Shown piece after piece: positions 1 through 8,165 of a DNA stretch of 24,826 nt (position 1 is its first letter; each line of letters opens with the position of its first letter). The stretch is from Clostridia bacterium (GTDB lineage: Bacteria; Bacillota; Clostridia; CAKSNL01; HGM11501). The position numbers and the translations under genes are program-made. The DNA lies in contig JAUNRD010000001.1 in NCBI GenBank assembly GCA_030535815.1, forward strand, positions 1 through 24,826, given 5' to 3'. A model generated the notes under the pieces. It had not been told where the DNA came from, did not search any database, and saw only the letters and a list, made by a program, of their open reading frames with translations.

Positions 1-1056
1 GCCGGCTCCGTATCTTCCTCCAATATTTATTTGCTTGAGAAAATTGCAATTTCCATTATACTGGCAGTATCCTTGAGTATGGTTGTAGGATTTCTGGGTG
101 AGCTTTCATTAGGCCACGCCGGCTTTATGTGCGTTGGTGCATATCTTGGCGGTAAAGTGGCGGTGTTGCTTCAGCCCATGCTCGGCAATGGAATTGTTAC
201 TTTGATAATTTCCCTTCTTGTGGGTGGTGCTGTTGCGGCACTTTGCGGTGTTGTAATAGGTCTTCCCGCACTCAGACTCAGGGGTGACTATCTTGCGATT
301 GTTACTCTCGCTTTCGGTGAAATCGTAAAGTCCGTATTTATGAACTCATCAAGAGAGTCCTTTGGCGGCTCTCTTGGTCTTGATACCCCAAGATATTCAA
401 AAGATACGCTTTTCATCATTGCTTTCCTTCTTGTGCTTTTGTGCCTTGCGGCGGTACAGAATATAATCCGCTCAAAGCACGGTCGTGCAATCACCGCAAT
501 CCGTGACAACGAAATTGCGGCAAAGGCAACGGGTATCAACGTTACAAAGTACAAGCTTATCGTATTTACCGTTTCTTCCTTCTTTGCAGGTATTGCCGGC
601 GTTTTATACAGCTACAGCAACTACACCGTGCAGAGTATGAAGTTCGGCTATAACTACTCCATCGAAATACTGGTTATGGTTGTGCTTGGCGGGATGGGAA
701 GCATCAACGGCTCCATCATTGCGGCATCACTCATCACCTTCCTCGATGTATGGCTTCAGACCAAGCTTACAGGTAACCTTGCAGTGCTTCAGGACTTCCT
801 TTATGCCCTTATCTTAATTGTACTTGTTATCTACAACAACGCACCGGCATTAAAGGGCTTCAGGGAGAAGTATAACTTTGCGGCACTTCTTAAAAAGATA
901 AAGCTTATGGCTCGTCACGAAGACCCTGCAAGGCGTCGTGAGGACGAAGCTAAGTGGGACCGCGTTCCTACAAAGATTGAGATGAACGAAGTTTTATCTG
1001 TTGACCTTCAGGTCAACAACTACACCCCCGATAAGGGCAAAAAGGAGGATAAATAA
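1..1056 (+). CDS. livM: Branched-chain amino acid ABC transporter permease (5'-truncated by the window edge)
   Basis: Frame is open from base 1. Motifs GELSLGHAGF, LRLRGDYLAIVTLAFGEI, AIRDNEIAA and VLGGMGS; directly followed by two LivG/LivF ATPases. Confidence 0.92.
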   Translation, partial: AGSVSSSNIYLLEKIAISIILAVSLSMVVGFLGELSLGHAGFMCVGAYLGGKVAVLLQPMLGNGIVTLIISLLVGGAVAALCGVVIGLPALRLRGDYLAIVTLAFGEIVKSVFMNSSRESFGGSLGLDTPRYSKDTLFIIAFLLVLLCLAAVQNIIRSKHGRAITAIRDNEIAAKATGINVTKYKLIVFTVSSFFAGIAGVLYSYSNYTVQSMKFGYNYSIEILVMVVLGGMGSINGSIIAASLITFLDVWLQTKLTGNLAVLQDFLYALILIVLVIYNNAPALKGFREKYNFAALLKKIKLMARHEDPARRREDEAKWDRVPTKIEMNEVLSVDLQVNNYTPDKGKKEDK

Positions 1057-1826
1057 TGTCGGAAACAGTTTTGAAAATTGAAAACCTCGGCATATCCTTC
1101 GGTGGCTTAAAGGCGGTGCAGGACTTAAATCTTAAAATAAAGAAAAAACAGCTTTACGGTCTGGTTGGTCCCAACGGTGCAGGTAAAACTACGGTGTTCA
1201 ATATGATTACCGGTGTTTACAAGCCCACCTACGGAAACTTTTACCTGGACGGTGAAAATTTAACCGGTAAAGGTCAGGAAACCATCAACCACAAGGGTAT
1301 TGCAAGAACTTTCCAGAATATCCGTCTCTTTAACAATATGACGGTTATAAGAAACGTAATGGTTGGACTTCACAATCAGCCCGAATTTAAATGCGGTGTT
1401 TTTGCAAGTATGTTCCGTCTTCCGTCTTTCTTTAAGACGGAGAAGGCAATGCGTGAGCGTGCAAAAGAAATATTGAAAGTAGTAGGATTGTTAGACGAGC
1501 GAAACAATCTTTCCTGCAACCTTCCCTACGGTAAGCAGAGAAAGCTTGAAATCGCACGTGCCCTTGCAACAAATCCCAAGCTTTTGTGCCTGGATGAGCC
1601 TGCGGCAGGTATGAACCCCCACGAAACTGAGGACCTTATGGAAATCATCCGTCGCATCCGCGATGAATTTGATGTTACAATTCTTCTTATCGAGCACGAT
1701 ATGAAGTTTGTTTCGGGACTTTGCGATGAGCTTACGGTGCTTAATTTCGGTACAGTTCTTGCTCAGGGCACACCCGAGGTTGCCTTAAACGACCCCGAAG
1801 TTATTAAGGCTTATATAGGAGGTTAA
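1056..1826 (+). CDS. livG: Branched-chain amino acid ABC transporter ATP-binding protein
   Basis: Walker A GPNGAGKTT, RTFQNIRLF, signature LPYGKQR, Walker B LCLDEPAAG, LLIEHDM. Start overlaps the livM stop (TAATG). Confidence 0.95.
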   Translation: MSETVLKIENLGISFGGLKAVQDLNLKIKKKQLYGLVGPNGAGKTTVFNMITGVYKPTYGNFYLDGENLTGKGQETINHKGIARTFQNIRLFNNMTVIRNVMVGLHNQPEFKCGVFASMFRLPSFFKTEKAMRERAKEILKVVGLLDERNNLSCNLPYGKQRKLEIARALATNPKLLCLDEPAAGMNPHETEDLMEIIRRIRDEFDVTILLIEHDMKFVSGLCDELTVLNFGTVLAQGTPEVALNDPEVIKAYIGG

Positions 1827-1828
1827 TT

Positions 1829-2539
1829 ATGGCATTACTTGAAGTTAAGGATTTAACCGTTCATTACGGTGTTATCGGTGCCTTGAAGGGTATAAGCTTC
1901 GAGGTAAACGAAGGCGAAATCGTAACGCTTATCGGTGCAAACGGTGCTGGTAAAACCACCACTATGCAGAGCGTTATCGGCCTTATTCCCAAAAGCGGCG
2001 GAACTGTTATTTATGACGGGGTTGACATTACGAAAATGCCCTGCCACAAAATAGTTCATCACAAAATGAGCCAGGTTCCCGAGGGAAGAAGAATTTTCCA
2101 GGAGCTTACGGTTTATGAAAACCTTTTGATGGGCGCATATTCCGAGAAAAACAATCAGTCCTTCAAAGCGGATATTGAAAATATCTACACCCGTTTTCCC
2201 AGACTTTCCGAGCGTCGGAATCAGATTGCGGGAACACTTTCCGGCGGTGAACAGCAGATGCTTGCCATGGGACGTGCACTTATGAGTCATCCCAAGCTTC
2301 TGATGCTGGACGAGCCTTCTATGGGACTTTCGCCCCTTCTGGTTGACCAGGTATTTGAAATCATAAAGGACATCAATAAAGACGGCACAACAATTTTGCT
2401 GGTTGAGCAGAATGCAGGTAAATCCCTTGCGATTTCCGACAGAGCTTACGTTCTTGAGACCGGAAGCATTGTTTTATCCGGTACGGGAGAAGAGCTTGCA
2501 GGAAGCGAAATGGTTAAAAAGGCTTACCTTGGCGGCTGA
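1829..2539 (+). CDS. livF: Branched-chain amino acid ABC transporter ATP-binding protein
   Basis: GANGAGKTT, VPEGRRIF, LSGGEQQM, LDEPSMGL, LLVEQN, C-terminal AYLGG. Confidence 0.95.
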   Translation: MALLEVKDLTVHYGVIGALKGISFEVNEGEIVTLIGANGAGKTTTMQSVIGLIPKSGGTVIYDGVDITKMPCHKIVHHKMSQVPEGRRIFQELTVYENLLMGAYSEKNNQSFKADIENIYTRFPRLSERRNQIAGTLSGGEQQMLAMGRALMSHPKLLMLDEPSMGLSPLLVDQVFEIIKDINKDGTTILLVEQNAGKSLAISDRAYVLETGSIVLSGTGEELAGSEMVKKAYLGG

Positions 2540-2550
2540 TAAAAGAAATA

Positions 2551-2587
2551 AAAACACTTTGGGCATTGGTCCAAAGTGTTTTTTTTG
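2551..2587. terminator. Bidirectional intrinsic terminator between convergent livF and the membrane-protein gene
   Basis: AAAACACTTTGG-N8-CCAAAGTGTTTT inverted repeat with A/T tracts on both sides. Confidence 0.85.
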
Positions 2588-3289
2588 TTATTTACTGCGG
2601 TCTTCTTTCTTTTTATAATTTTCTGCTTTCCATTTTCCGGTTTTTATTTTGATATAGCCGGAAACTGCCACCGCAAAGGCGGTTACCGTATCGAGGATTA
2701 TATCAGTCATGGTGTCGATTAACCCGGCATCATAACGCCACGTTTCCGTGGTAAGGGTGGAGACGCCGTCTGGAGGGCGGAACTTTTGCATATTCATTGA
2801 AAAAAGCCTGTCTCCCGCGAATTCAAATATTTCCCACACTGCACCTGCCGCAACAGCAAAGAAAAATGCAAAGGCGGCAATGAATAGGGGGCTTAAGTGA
2901 ATTTCCACTTTTTTCGATTCGTTCATGGCGTAAACCAGCATGAAGCCGATTAAAGCTAAAATCGCACCGGAAAGGGAGTGGAGCATATTGTCCCACCAGG
3001 GAATTTTCTCATAGAAGCTGTTTATTTCGCCAAGAAGCTCTGCTGCAAAAATAAACAGCACAATGGCGATTTTTACTCCGCTTGAAAAGCGTATGCGTTT
3101 TTTTGAAATGTTTTCAACGGCCTCAGGTACAAAGGTAAGGGCAAAGCCCAAAAGTGCCGTGAATGCATTTATTATGTTGGAAGAATCTTTGGTTAAAACC
3201 GCAAAAATTATAGTCTCTGCAAATGCGATTACGAAAAGAATACGGACAACAAAATTGATTTTTCCGTCCAGCGTCCGTTTTTTAAACAT
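2588..3289 (-). CDS. Multi-pass membrane protein, DUF2238/VanZ-like
   Basis: Several hydrophobic segments. Motifs WWDNMLH, WEIFEF and DTMTD resemble the H/ExxE/DxxxD pattern of DUF2238/VanZ-like proteins. Family call is by recognition only. Confidence 0.6.
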   Translation of the reverse strand: MFKKRTLDGKINFVVRILFVIAFAETIIFAVLTKDSSNIINAFTALLGFALTFVPEAVENISKKRIRFSSGVKIAIVLFIFAAELLGEINSFYEKIPWWDNMLHSLSGAILALIGFMLVYAMNESKKVEIHLSPLFIAAFAFFFAVAAGAVWEIFEFAGDRLFSMNMQKFRPPDGVSTLTTETWRYDAGLIDTMTDIILDTVTAFAVAVSGYIKIKTGKWKAENYKKKEDRSK

Positions 3290-3293
3290 TTAA

Positions 3294-4826
3294 TCACCTG
3301 TTCCAATATTTGTTTTCCAATCTGCGGTAGGAAATAGCTTCACTCAGATGAGTTACGTTTATATTTTCCGCACCGTCCAGATCGGCAATAGTTCTTGTCA
3401 CTGTCATAAGAGAATTATACCCTCTCATACTCAGACCTAAAACCTTGAAAGCATTTTCAAGTAAATTTTTGCAGTCCTCATCAAGGGGGCAGTATTTTTT
3501 GAAATCATCCTCGGTCTTCATGTCAGAATTAAGACGGGTGTCGCTTTTGAATCGCTCTCTCTGAATAAGTCTTGCCCGGCTCACCCTCTTTTTAATATCG
3601 GCACTGCTTTCTCCTCTTGCTTCACCTAAGGTATCGAAGGTGAGACTTGAAGCTTCCACCTGTATATCAATTCTGTCAAGGAGAGGACCGCTGAGCCTTG
3701 CAAGGTATTTATTTATGGCGTTCTGCGAGCAGGTACACCGTCTTCTCTTATCCCCGTGATAACCGCAGGGACAAGGGTTTGCAGCTAAAACCAGCATAAT
3801 CTTACAAGGATATGTATTTGAGGATGAGGCTCTTGCTATGGTAACCTTTCCATCCTCTAAAGGTTGGCGCATTCCTTCAAGAGCTTTGGGAGGAAACTCC
3901 AAAAACTCGTCAAGGAATAAAACTCCGTTATGGGAGAGGGAAACTTCTCCGGGCTTTGAGTCTGTTCCGCCGCCGATAAGACCGGCAACCGATATATTGT
4001 GATGGGGCGAACGGAAGGGGCGGGCAGCAATGACCGGCGTATCCTTTGAAAGTAAGCCTGCAGCGCTGTAAACCCTGGTGGTGTCTATCGCCTCATTTAT
4101 ATTCATATCCGGAAGAATTGTAGGAATACGCTTTGCAAGCATGGATTTACCTGAGCCGGGAGAGCCCATAATAATAACGTTGTGTCCTCCTGCGGCGGCA
4201 ATTTCCATGGCGCGCTTAAGTAGGGGCTGGCCTTTGACATCGGCGAAATCCACGTCATATACTGCGTTGTTTTTTATGATGGCTTCTGTATCGGAAACCG
4301 TGGGTTCTATCTTTTTAGAGCCACTTAAAAATTCGAAAACTTCATAAAGATTTTCTGCGGCGTAAACATTTATACCTTCTGCAAGAGAGGCTTCCACGGC
4401 ATTGTCGGAAGGAACGATTATGTTTTTTATTCCGTTTTCAGCGGCGCCAAGAGCAAGAGATAAAATTCCGTTTATACTCTTTATCTCGCCTGCCAGGGAA
4501 AGCTCACCGAAGAAAGCAAAACCATCAAGTGCGCTCTGGGGAAGCTTTTTATCTGCAACCAAAAGTGATGTGGCAATGGCGAGGTCGAAACCGCTTCCTT
4601 CTTTTTTTATGTCGGCAGGAGCCAGATTCACTATTATCTTTTGCGGAGGAAGGGAAAAACCTGAGTTGCGAAGAGCGGCACGAACTCTTTCCTTGGCTTC
4701 CTTTATTGCGGCGTCGGGAAGCCCGACGATATCAAAGGAAGGAAGTCCTGCGGCAAGGTCGGCTTCAATTGTCACGGTGAAAGCCTCAATGCCGATAAGG
4801 GCAAAGCTTCTGGATCTGGATATCAT
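3294..4826 (-). CDS. comM: YifB/ComM Mg-chelatase-like AAA+ ATPase
   Basis: N-terminal VGLPDAAIKEAKERVRAAL, NLAPADIKKEGSGFDLAIA, Walker A GSPGSGKS, RPFRSPHH, Walker B LFLDE, CPCG...CTC, LSGPLLDRID. Confidence 0.95.
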   Translation of the reverse strand: MISRSRSFALIGIEAFTVTIEADLAAGLPSFDIVGLPDAAIKEAKERVRAALRNSGFSLPPQKIIVNLAPADIKKEGSGFDLAIATSLLVADKKLPQSALDGFAFFGELSLAGEIKSINGILSLALGAAENGIKNIIVPSDNAVEASLAEGINVYAAENLYEVFEFLSGSKKIEPTVSDTEAIIKNNAVYDVDFADVKGQPLLKRAMEIAAAGGHNVIIMGSPGSGKSMLAKRIPTILPDMNINEAIDTTRVYSAAGLLSKDTPVIAARPFRSPHHNISVAGLIGGGTDSKPGEVSLSHNGVLFLDEFLEFPPKALEGMRQPLEDGKVTIARASSSNTYPCKIMLVLAANPCPCGYHGDKRRRCTCSQNAINKYLARLSGPLLDRIDIQVEASSLTFDTLGEARGESSADIKKRVSRARLIQRERFKSDTRLNSDMKTEDDFKKYCPLDEDCKNLLENAFKVLGLSMRGYNSLMTVTRTIADLDGAENINVTHLSEAISYRRLENKYWNR

Positions 4827-4828
4827 AT

Positions 4829-5602
4829 TTAGCCCTCCGTAACGTTCTTTTTATAAATTGTATAAAGTCCCGTAAGAAGAAGATCGGGATCGTAAGTTAT
4901 CTCGGATTTACAGTGGGGTACAACATATCTTGCGTGACCGCCTGTTGCAATAACCTTTGCATCCTTTCCAAGCTCGGCTAAAAAGCGTTCAACCATTCCG
5001 TCAACCATGGATGCGGCACCTAAGATTACGCCTGAGCGCATACAGTCGGGAGTGTTGGTGCCTATGGCGCACTTGGGAGCTTCAAAGCTTATTTCCTGAA
5101 GGAGTGCAGCCTTTTTTGTAAGGGCGTTAAGTGAGGTGGTGATACCGGGCATGATTGCACAGCCCACGAAGGAGTTTTTCTCATCGCTCACAGAAATGGT
5201 TGTTGCAGTGCCCATATCAATAACGATAACGGGACCGCCGTATTTGGTGAGTGCCGCCACATTGTTTGCAACAATGTCGCTTCCCAGCTGTGAAGGATTG
5301 TCTGTCTTTATATTAAGACCGGTTTTGATGCCGGGCCCTAATATAAGCGGAGTTTTGCCGATAAGCTTTTCAGTAGCATGGGATAAAACGGCAGAAAGGG
5401 GAGGAACAACGCTTGAAATGATTGCTCCCTCGAATTCGTTTTTGTCAACGCCGTAAAGCTGAAGTATTCCGAGGATGTATGTGGCATATTCGTCTTCAAG
5501 GCGGTTGTGATTAGTCTCAAGGCGGGAAATAAAGCTGATTTCGCCATTTTTAATGGCACCAACCACGATGTTTGAGTTACCGATATCAATTGCAAGAATC
5601 AT
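4829..5602 (-). CDS. coaX: Type III pantothenate kinase
   Basis: MILAIDIGNSN, SSVVPP, LGSD, VIDMGTAT, IMPG, ATGG. The ATG at 5602 has an AAGGAG SD, so it is preferred over the track start at 5644. Confidence 0.95.
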   Translation of the reverse strand: MILAIDIGNSNIVVGAIKNGEISFISRLETNHNRLEDEYATYILGILQLYGVDKNEFEGAIISSVVPPLSAVLSHATEKLIGKTPLILGPGIKTGLNIKTDNPSQLGSDIVANNVAALTKYGGPVIVIDMGTATTISVSDEKNSFVGCAIMPGITTSLNALTKKAALLQEISFEAPKCAIGTNTPDCMRSGVILGAASMVDGMVERFLAELGKDAKVIATGGHARYVVPHCKSEITYDPDLLLTGLYTIYKKNVTEG

Positions 5603-5634
5603 TCTTTTCACTCCTTTTAGATGTATATACAATA

Positions 5635-5663
5635 AGTATATCACAAAACTTGGTATTTTTAAA
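5635..5663 (-). promoter_or_regulatory. Putative sigmaA promoter for coaX-comM
   Basis: Minus strand TTTAAA-N17-TATACT with a TG extended -10. Confidence 0.5.
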
Positions 5664-5696
5664 GATTTTTTTTGCCGAAAAACTGTATTTATACTC

Positions 5697-5724
5697 TTGA
5701 CAAATGAAAAAAAGTGTGTATAAT
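5697..5724 (+). promoter_or_regulatory. sigmaA promoter of the tRNA gene
   Basis: Perfect TTGACA (5697-5702), N16, TATAAT (5719-5724), 12 nt upstream of the tRNA. Confidence 0.8.
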
Positions 5725-5736
5725 ATATAAGGTAAC

Positions 5737-5812
5737 GGCCTTATCGTCTAGTGGCCTAGGACGGAGCCCTCTCACGGCTCAAACCGGGGTTCGACTCCCC
5801 GTAAGGTCACCA
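5737..5812 (+). tRNA. tRNA-Glu(CUC)
   Basis: 76 nt. Acceptor stem GGCCTTA/TAAGGTC, anticodon arm GAGCC-CT-CTC-AC-GGCTC, T-loop GGTTCGACTCC, encoded CCA end. Confidence 0.97.
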
Positions 5813-5813
5813 T

Positions 5814-5845
5814 AAAAACGTACTGATTTTTCAGTACGTTTTTTT
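5814..5845 (+). terminator. Intrinsic terminator after tRNA-Glu
   Basis: AAAAACGTACTGA-TTTT-TCAGTACGTTTTT followed by more T. Confidence 0.88.
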
Positions 5846-5860
5846 ATGTCGACATCACAG

Positions 5861-5962
5861 AGAAGGGGAGTCGAACTCCCCGAAGCAAGCGCCGTATAAG
5901 ATAGTGCACAGGCGCTCCCTTGTCATAGACGTTTGCGAAGCAAATCCGAGCCTCGACTCTCC
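5861..5962. repeat. Structured intergenic element with short terminal inverted repeats and nested hairpins
   Basis: Ends GGGGAGTCGA / TCGACTCTCC pair 9 of 10. Internal AGCGCC/GGCGCT and TTTGC-GAA-GCAAA hairpins. The left end is an inverted copy of the tRNA T-arm. Confidence 0.45.
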
Positions 5963-6027
5963 GTAGTTACGCATTACAAGATATGGAGTGGTCACGCTCT
6001 TTCCTGCTATCGCTCACATTTTCCGTA

Positions 6028-6056
6028 TTTACAACAGATGGGATATATGATATAAT
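6028..6056 (+). promoter_or_regulatory. sigmaA promoter for radC
   Basis: TTTACA-N17-TATAAT with TG extended -10. Confidence 0.7.
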
Positions 6057-6090
6057 AAATATGATAAATTTTATTACGGAGGAGCAAAAA

Positions 6091-6780
6091 ATGTCAGAAG
6101 GAAATGCCCATGTAAACCACAGAGACAGAGTGAAAAAGAAATTTTCCGATAACGGCTTTAATGGCTGGTATGATCACGAGGTATTGGAGATGATGCTGTT
6201 TTACGCCATCCCGAGATGCGATACAAATCCTCTGGCACACGCTCTCCTCGATGAATTCGGAACTCTTTCTGCTGTTCTTGATGCAGACATTGAAGCGCTT
6301 AAAAAGGTTCCCGGAATAGGAGAAGGTGCGGCAGTTTACTTAAATGCTCTCGGAAAGCTTCAGGGAGTTTACAGCCGTTCAAAGTGGAAGGATACAAAAA
6401 CCGTATTTGACAACGTTACATCCGCAGGTCTTTTCTGTTCAGATTTTATAGGAAACGAAACGGAAGAGGTTTTAGGGCTTATCTGTCTTGACACCAGAAA
6501 GAACGTAAAGAAAAGCGCCATACTTTCACGAGGCGTAATAGATAAAGTGCATATAGACATAAGAAAAATTGTGGAAAATGTGGTCAGCGTGAATGCAAAA
6601 TACATAGTGCTCTGTCATAATCATCCTTCCGGTATTCTTCAGCCGTCCTACGAGGATATCGAAATGACTAAAAATATTGCGAAAGCATTATCTCCGATGG
6701 AAATTGAATTAATCGACCATTTCATCGTTTGCGGAAAGGGCTACACCAGTATGGCTGAGCGTGGCTTTCTGGAAAATTAA
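6091..6780 (+). CDS. radC: RadC-family JAB-domain protein
   Basis: HRDRVKKKF, HEVLEMMLFYAIPRCDTNPLAHALL, HhH motif VPGIGE, JAB motif HNHPSG...D...LIDH. GGAGG SD supports the ATG at 6091. Confidence 0.93.
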   Translation: MSEGNAHVNHRDRVKKKFSDNGFNGWYDHEVLEMMLFYAIPRCDTNPLAHALLDEFGTLSAVLDADIEALKKVPGIGEGAAVYLNALGKLQGVYSRSKWKDTKTVFDNVTSAGLFCSDFIGNETEEVLGLICLDTRKNVKKSAILSRGVIDKVHIDIRKIVENVVSVNAKYIVLCHNHPSGILQPSYEDIEMTKNIAKALSPMEIELIDHFIVCGKGYTSMAERGFLEN

Positions 6781-6790
6781 TGTATTTTGG

Positions 6791-6828
6791 ACCTCTACAT
6801 TGCATACTATGCAGTGTGGAGGTTTTTT
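6791..6828 (+). terminator. Hairpin plus T tract after radC, overlapping the dacF ribosome-binding site
   Basis: ACCTCTACATTGCATA-C-TATGCAGTGTGGAGGT pairs with G-U wobbles and is followed by TTTTT. Confidence 0.5.
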
Positions 6829-6830
6829 AT

Positions 6831-7976
6831 ATGAAGTTTCTGAAAAAAACGGCTGGTCTGATATTGATTCTTTCGGTGATATTTTCTGCAAGGGGAACAT
6901 ATGGCAGGGATGTGACTGATCTTACTGCAAAAAGTTATATACTTATGGAAAGTTCAACGGGCAGAGTGCTGCTTGAAGGAAATGCGGATACTCCGCTTCC
7001 CCCGGCAAGCATTACGAAAATAATGACGCTCCTTCTTATTATGGAGGATATAGAATCGGGCAAGATTTCCTATGATGACATGGTAACGGCATCGGAAAGG
7101 GCAAAGTCCATGGGAGGTTCCACCATATTTCTGGAAGCCGGAGAGCGCATGAGCGTTCACGACCTTCTTAAAGGAATCGTGGTAGCAAGCGCCAACGATG
7201 CTTCTGTTGCCATGGCGGAGCATCTGGAAGGCTCTGTGGAGGCGTTTGTGGAGAGAATGAATAAAAGAGCAACGGAACTGGGGATGACAAATACTCAGTT
7301 CAAGAACACTAACGGGCTGCCTGCGGAAGGACATGAAATGAGCGCCCGTGATATTGCCATAGTCTCGAATGAGCTGCTTAAGCACAAGGATATTCTGAAT
7401 TTTACGTTGATATGGACAGACTCCTTAAGAGATGGAGCCTTTCAGCTTGCAAACACCAACCGCCTGATACGCTTTTATGAAGGGGCCAACGGACTTAAAA
7501 CAGGGTCCACCGATGAAGCGGGTTGCTGTATAAGCGCCAGCGCCGAAAGAGATGGAATGCAGCTTATTGCCGTTGTTATGGGAAGTCCGACATCGAATGA
7601 CAGATTCGAAGATGCAAAGGCACTTCTTGATTACGGTTATTCGAATTACAACCTGTGGTATGGCCCCGACAGGGAAACTTCCGTCGGACACATAAAGGTA
7701 AGAAAAGGTAGCGCGGAGACTGTAGCTTATTTGCCCGAGTCGAATATGTATGCACTTGTAAGGCGAAGCGAGACGGGAAGAGAAGAACTTGAGGTTGAGA
7801 CGGAGGAGTTTGTGACAGCGCCTCTTAAAAAGGGAGATGCGGTAGGCGTGATAAAATGTCTTCTTAACGGTGAAGTAATAGCCGAAACAAAGCTTGTGGC
7901 GGCATCTGATGTGGAACGCATCGGATTCTGGCAGTTACAGAAAAAGATGCTGGGATTTCTTTTAAGAATAAAATAG
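6831..7976 (+). CDS. dacF: D-alanyl-D-alanine carboxypeptidase (peptidase S11, DacF-like)
   Basis: Signal peptide, SxxK (SITK), SxN (SAN), KTG triad, C-terminal PBP5 domain. GGAGG SD before ATG 6831. The dacF versus dacA/dacB assignment is by resemblance. Confidence 0.8.
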   Translation: MKFLKKTAGLILILSVIFSARGTYGRDVTDLTAKSYILMESSTGRVLLEGNADTPLPPASITKIMTLLLIMEDIESGKISYDDMVTASERAKSMGGSTIFLEAGERMSVHDLLKGIVVASANDASVAMAEHLEGSVEAFVERMNKRATELGMTNTQFKNTNGLPAEGHEMSARDIAIVSNELLKHKDILNFTLIWTDSLRDGAFQLANTNRLIRFYEGANGLKTGSTDEAGCCISASAERDGMQLIAVVMGSPTSNDRFEDAKALLDYGYSNYNLWYGPDRETSVGHIKVRKGSAETVAYLPESNMYALVRRSETGREELEVETEEFVTAPLKKGDAVGVIKCLLNGEVIAETKLVAASDVERIGFWQLQKKMLGFLLRIK

Positions 7977-7977
7977 G

Positions 7978-8006
7978 GAATCCGCCCGTCCGGGCGGATT
8001 CTTTTT
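7978..8006 (+). terminator. Intrinsic terminator after dacF
   Basis: GAATCCGCCCG-TC-CGGGCGGATTC followed by TTTTT. Confidence 0.85.
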
Positions 8007-8048
8007 CATATAAATATATACATATATGAATATGTATATATTTATATG
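8007..8048. repeat. Perfect 19-bp AT-rich inverted repeat
   Basis: CATATAAATATATACATAT (8007-8025), ATGA loop, ATATGTATATATTTATATG (8030-8048). Confidence 0.9.
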
Positions 8049-8105
8049 TTGCTATGGCTTTGAGAGAAACGGAAAATCTGCAGAAGAAATATTTTGTATT
8101 TTGGA

Positions 8106-8134
8106 TTGAAAAATGAGGAAAACTATGGTATACT
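8106..8134 (+). promoter_or_regulatory. sigmaA promoter for pepD
   Basis: TTGAAA-N17-TATACT with TG extended -10. Confidence 0.7.
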
Positions 8135-8165
8135 GAAGTACAATCAATAATTAAGGAGTGTTTAT

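Noticed and set aside
5737-5812. tRNA-Glu as the attachment site of a prophage or integrative element
   Set aside because: No integrase, no direct-repeat copy of the tRNA 3' end seen in the window, and the downstream genes are housekeeping.
5983-6090. N-terminal extension of radC in the ORF track (likewise 6780 for dacF, 15212 for SPFH, 22421 for DUF3048, 5644 for coaX)
   Set aside because: These extensions run through promoter or terminator sequence, and downstream ATGs have proper SD sequences and family-typical N-termini.
6091-6780. radC as a marker of a mobile element or anti-defence locus
   Set aside because: It is the full-length chromosomal form with N-terminal HhH region, not the short JAB-only type typical of mobile elements, and no mobility genes flank it.
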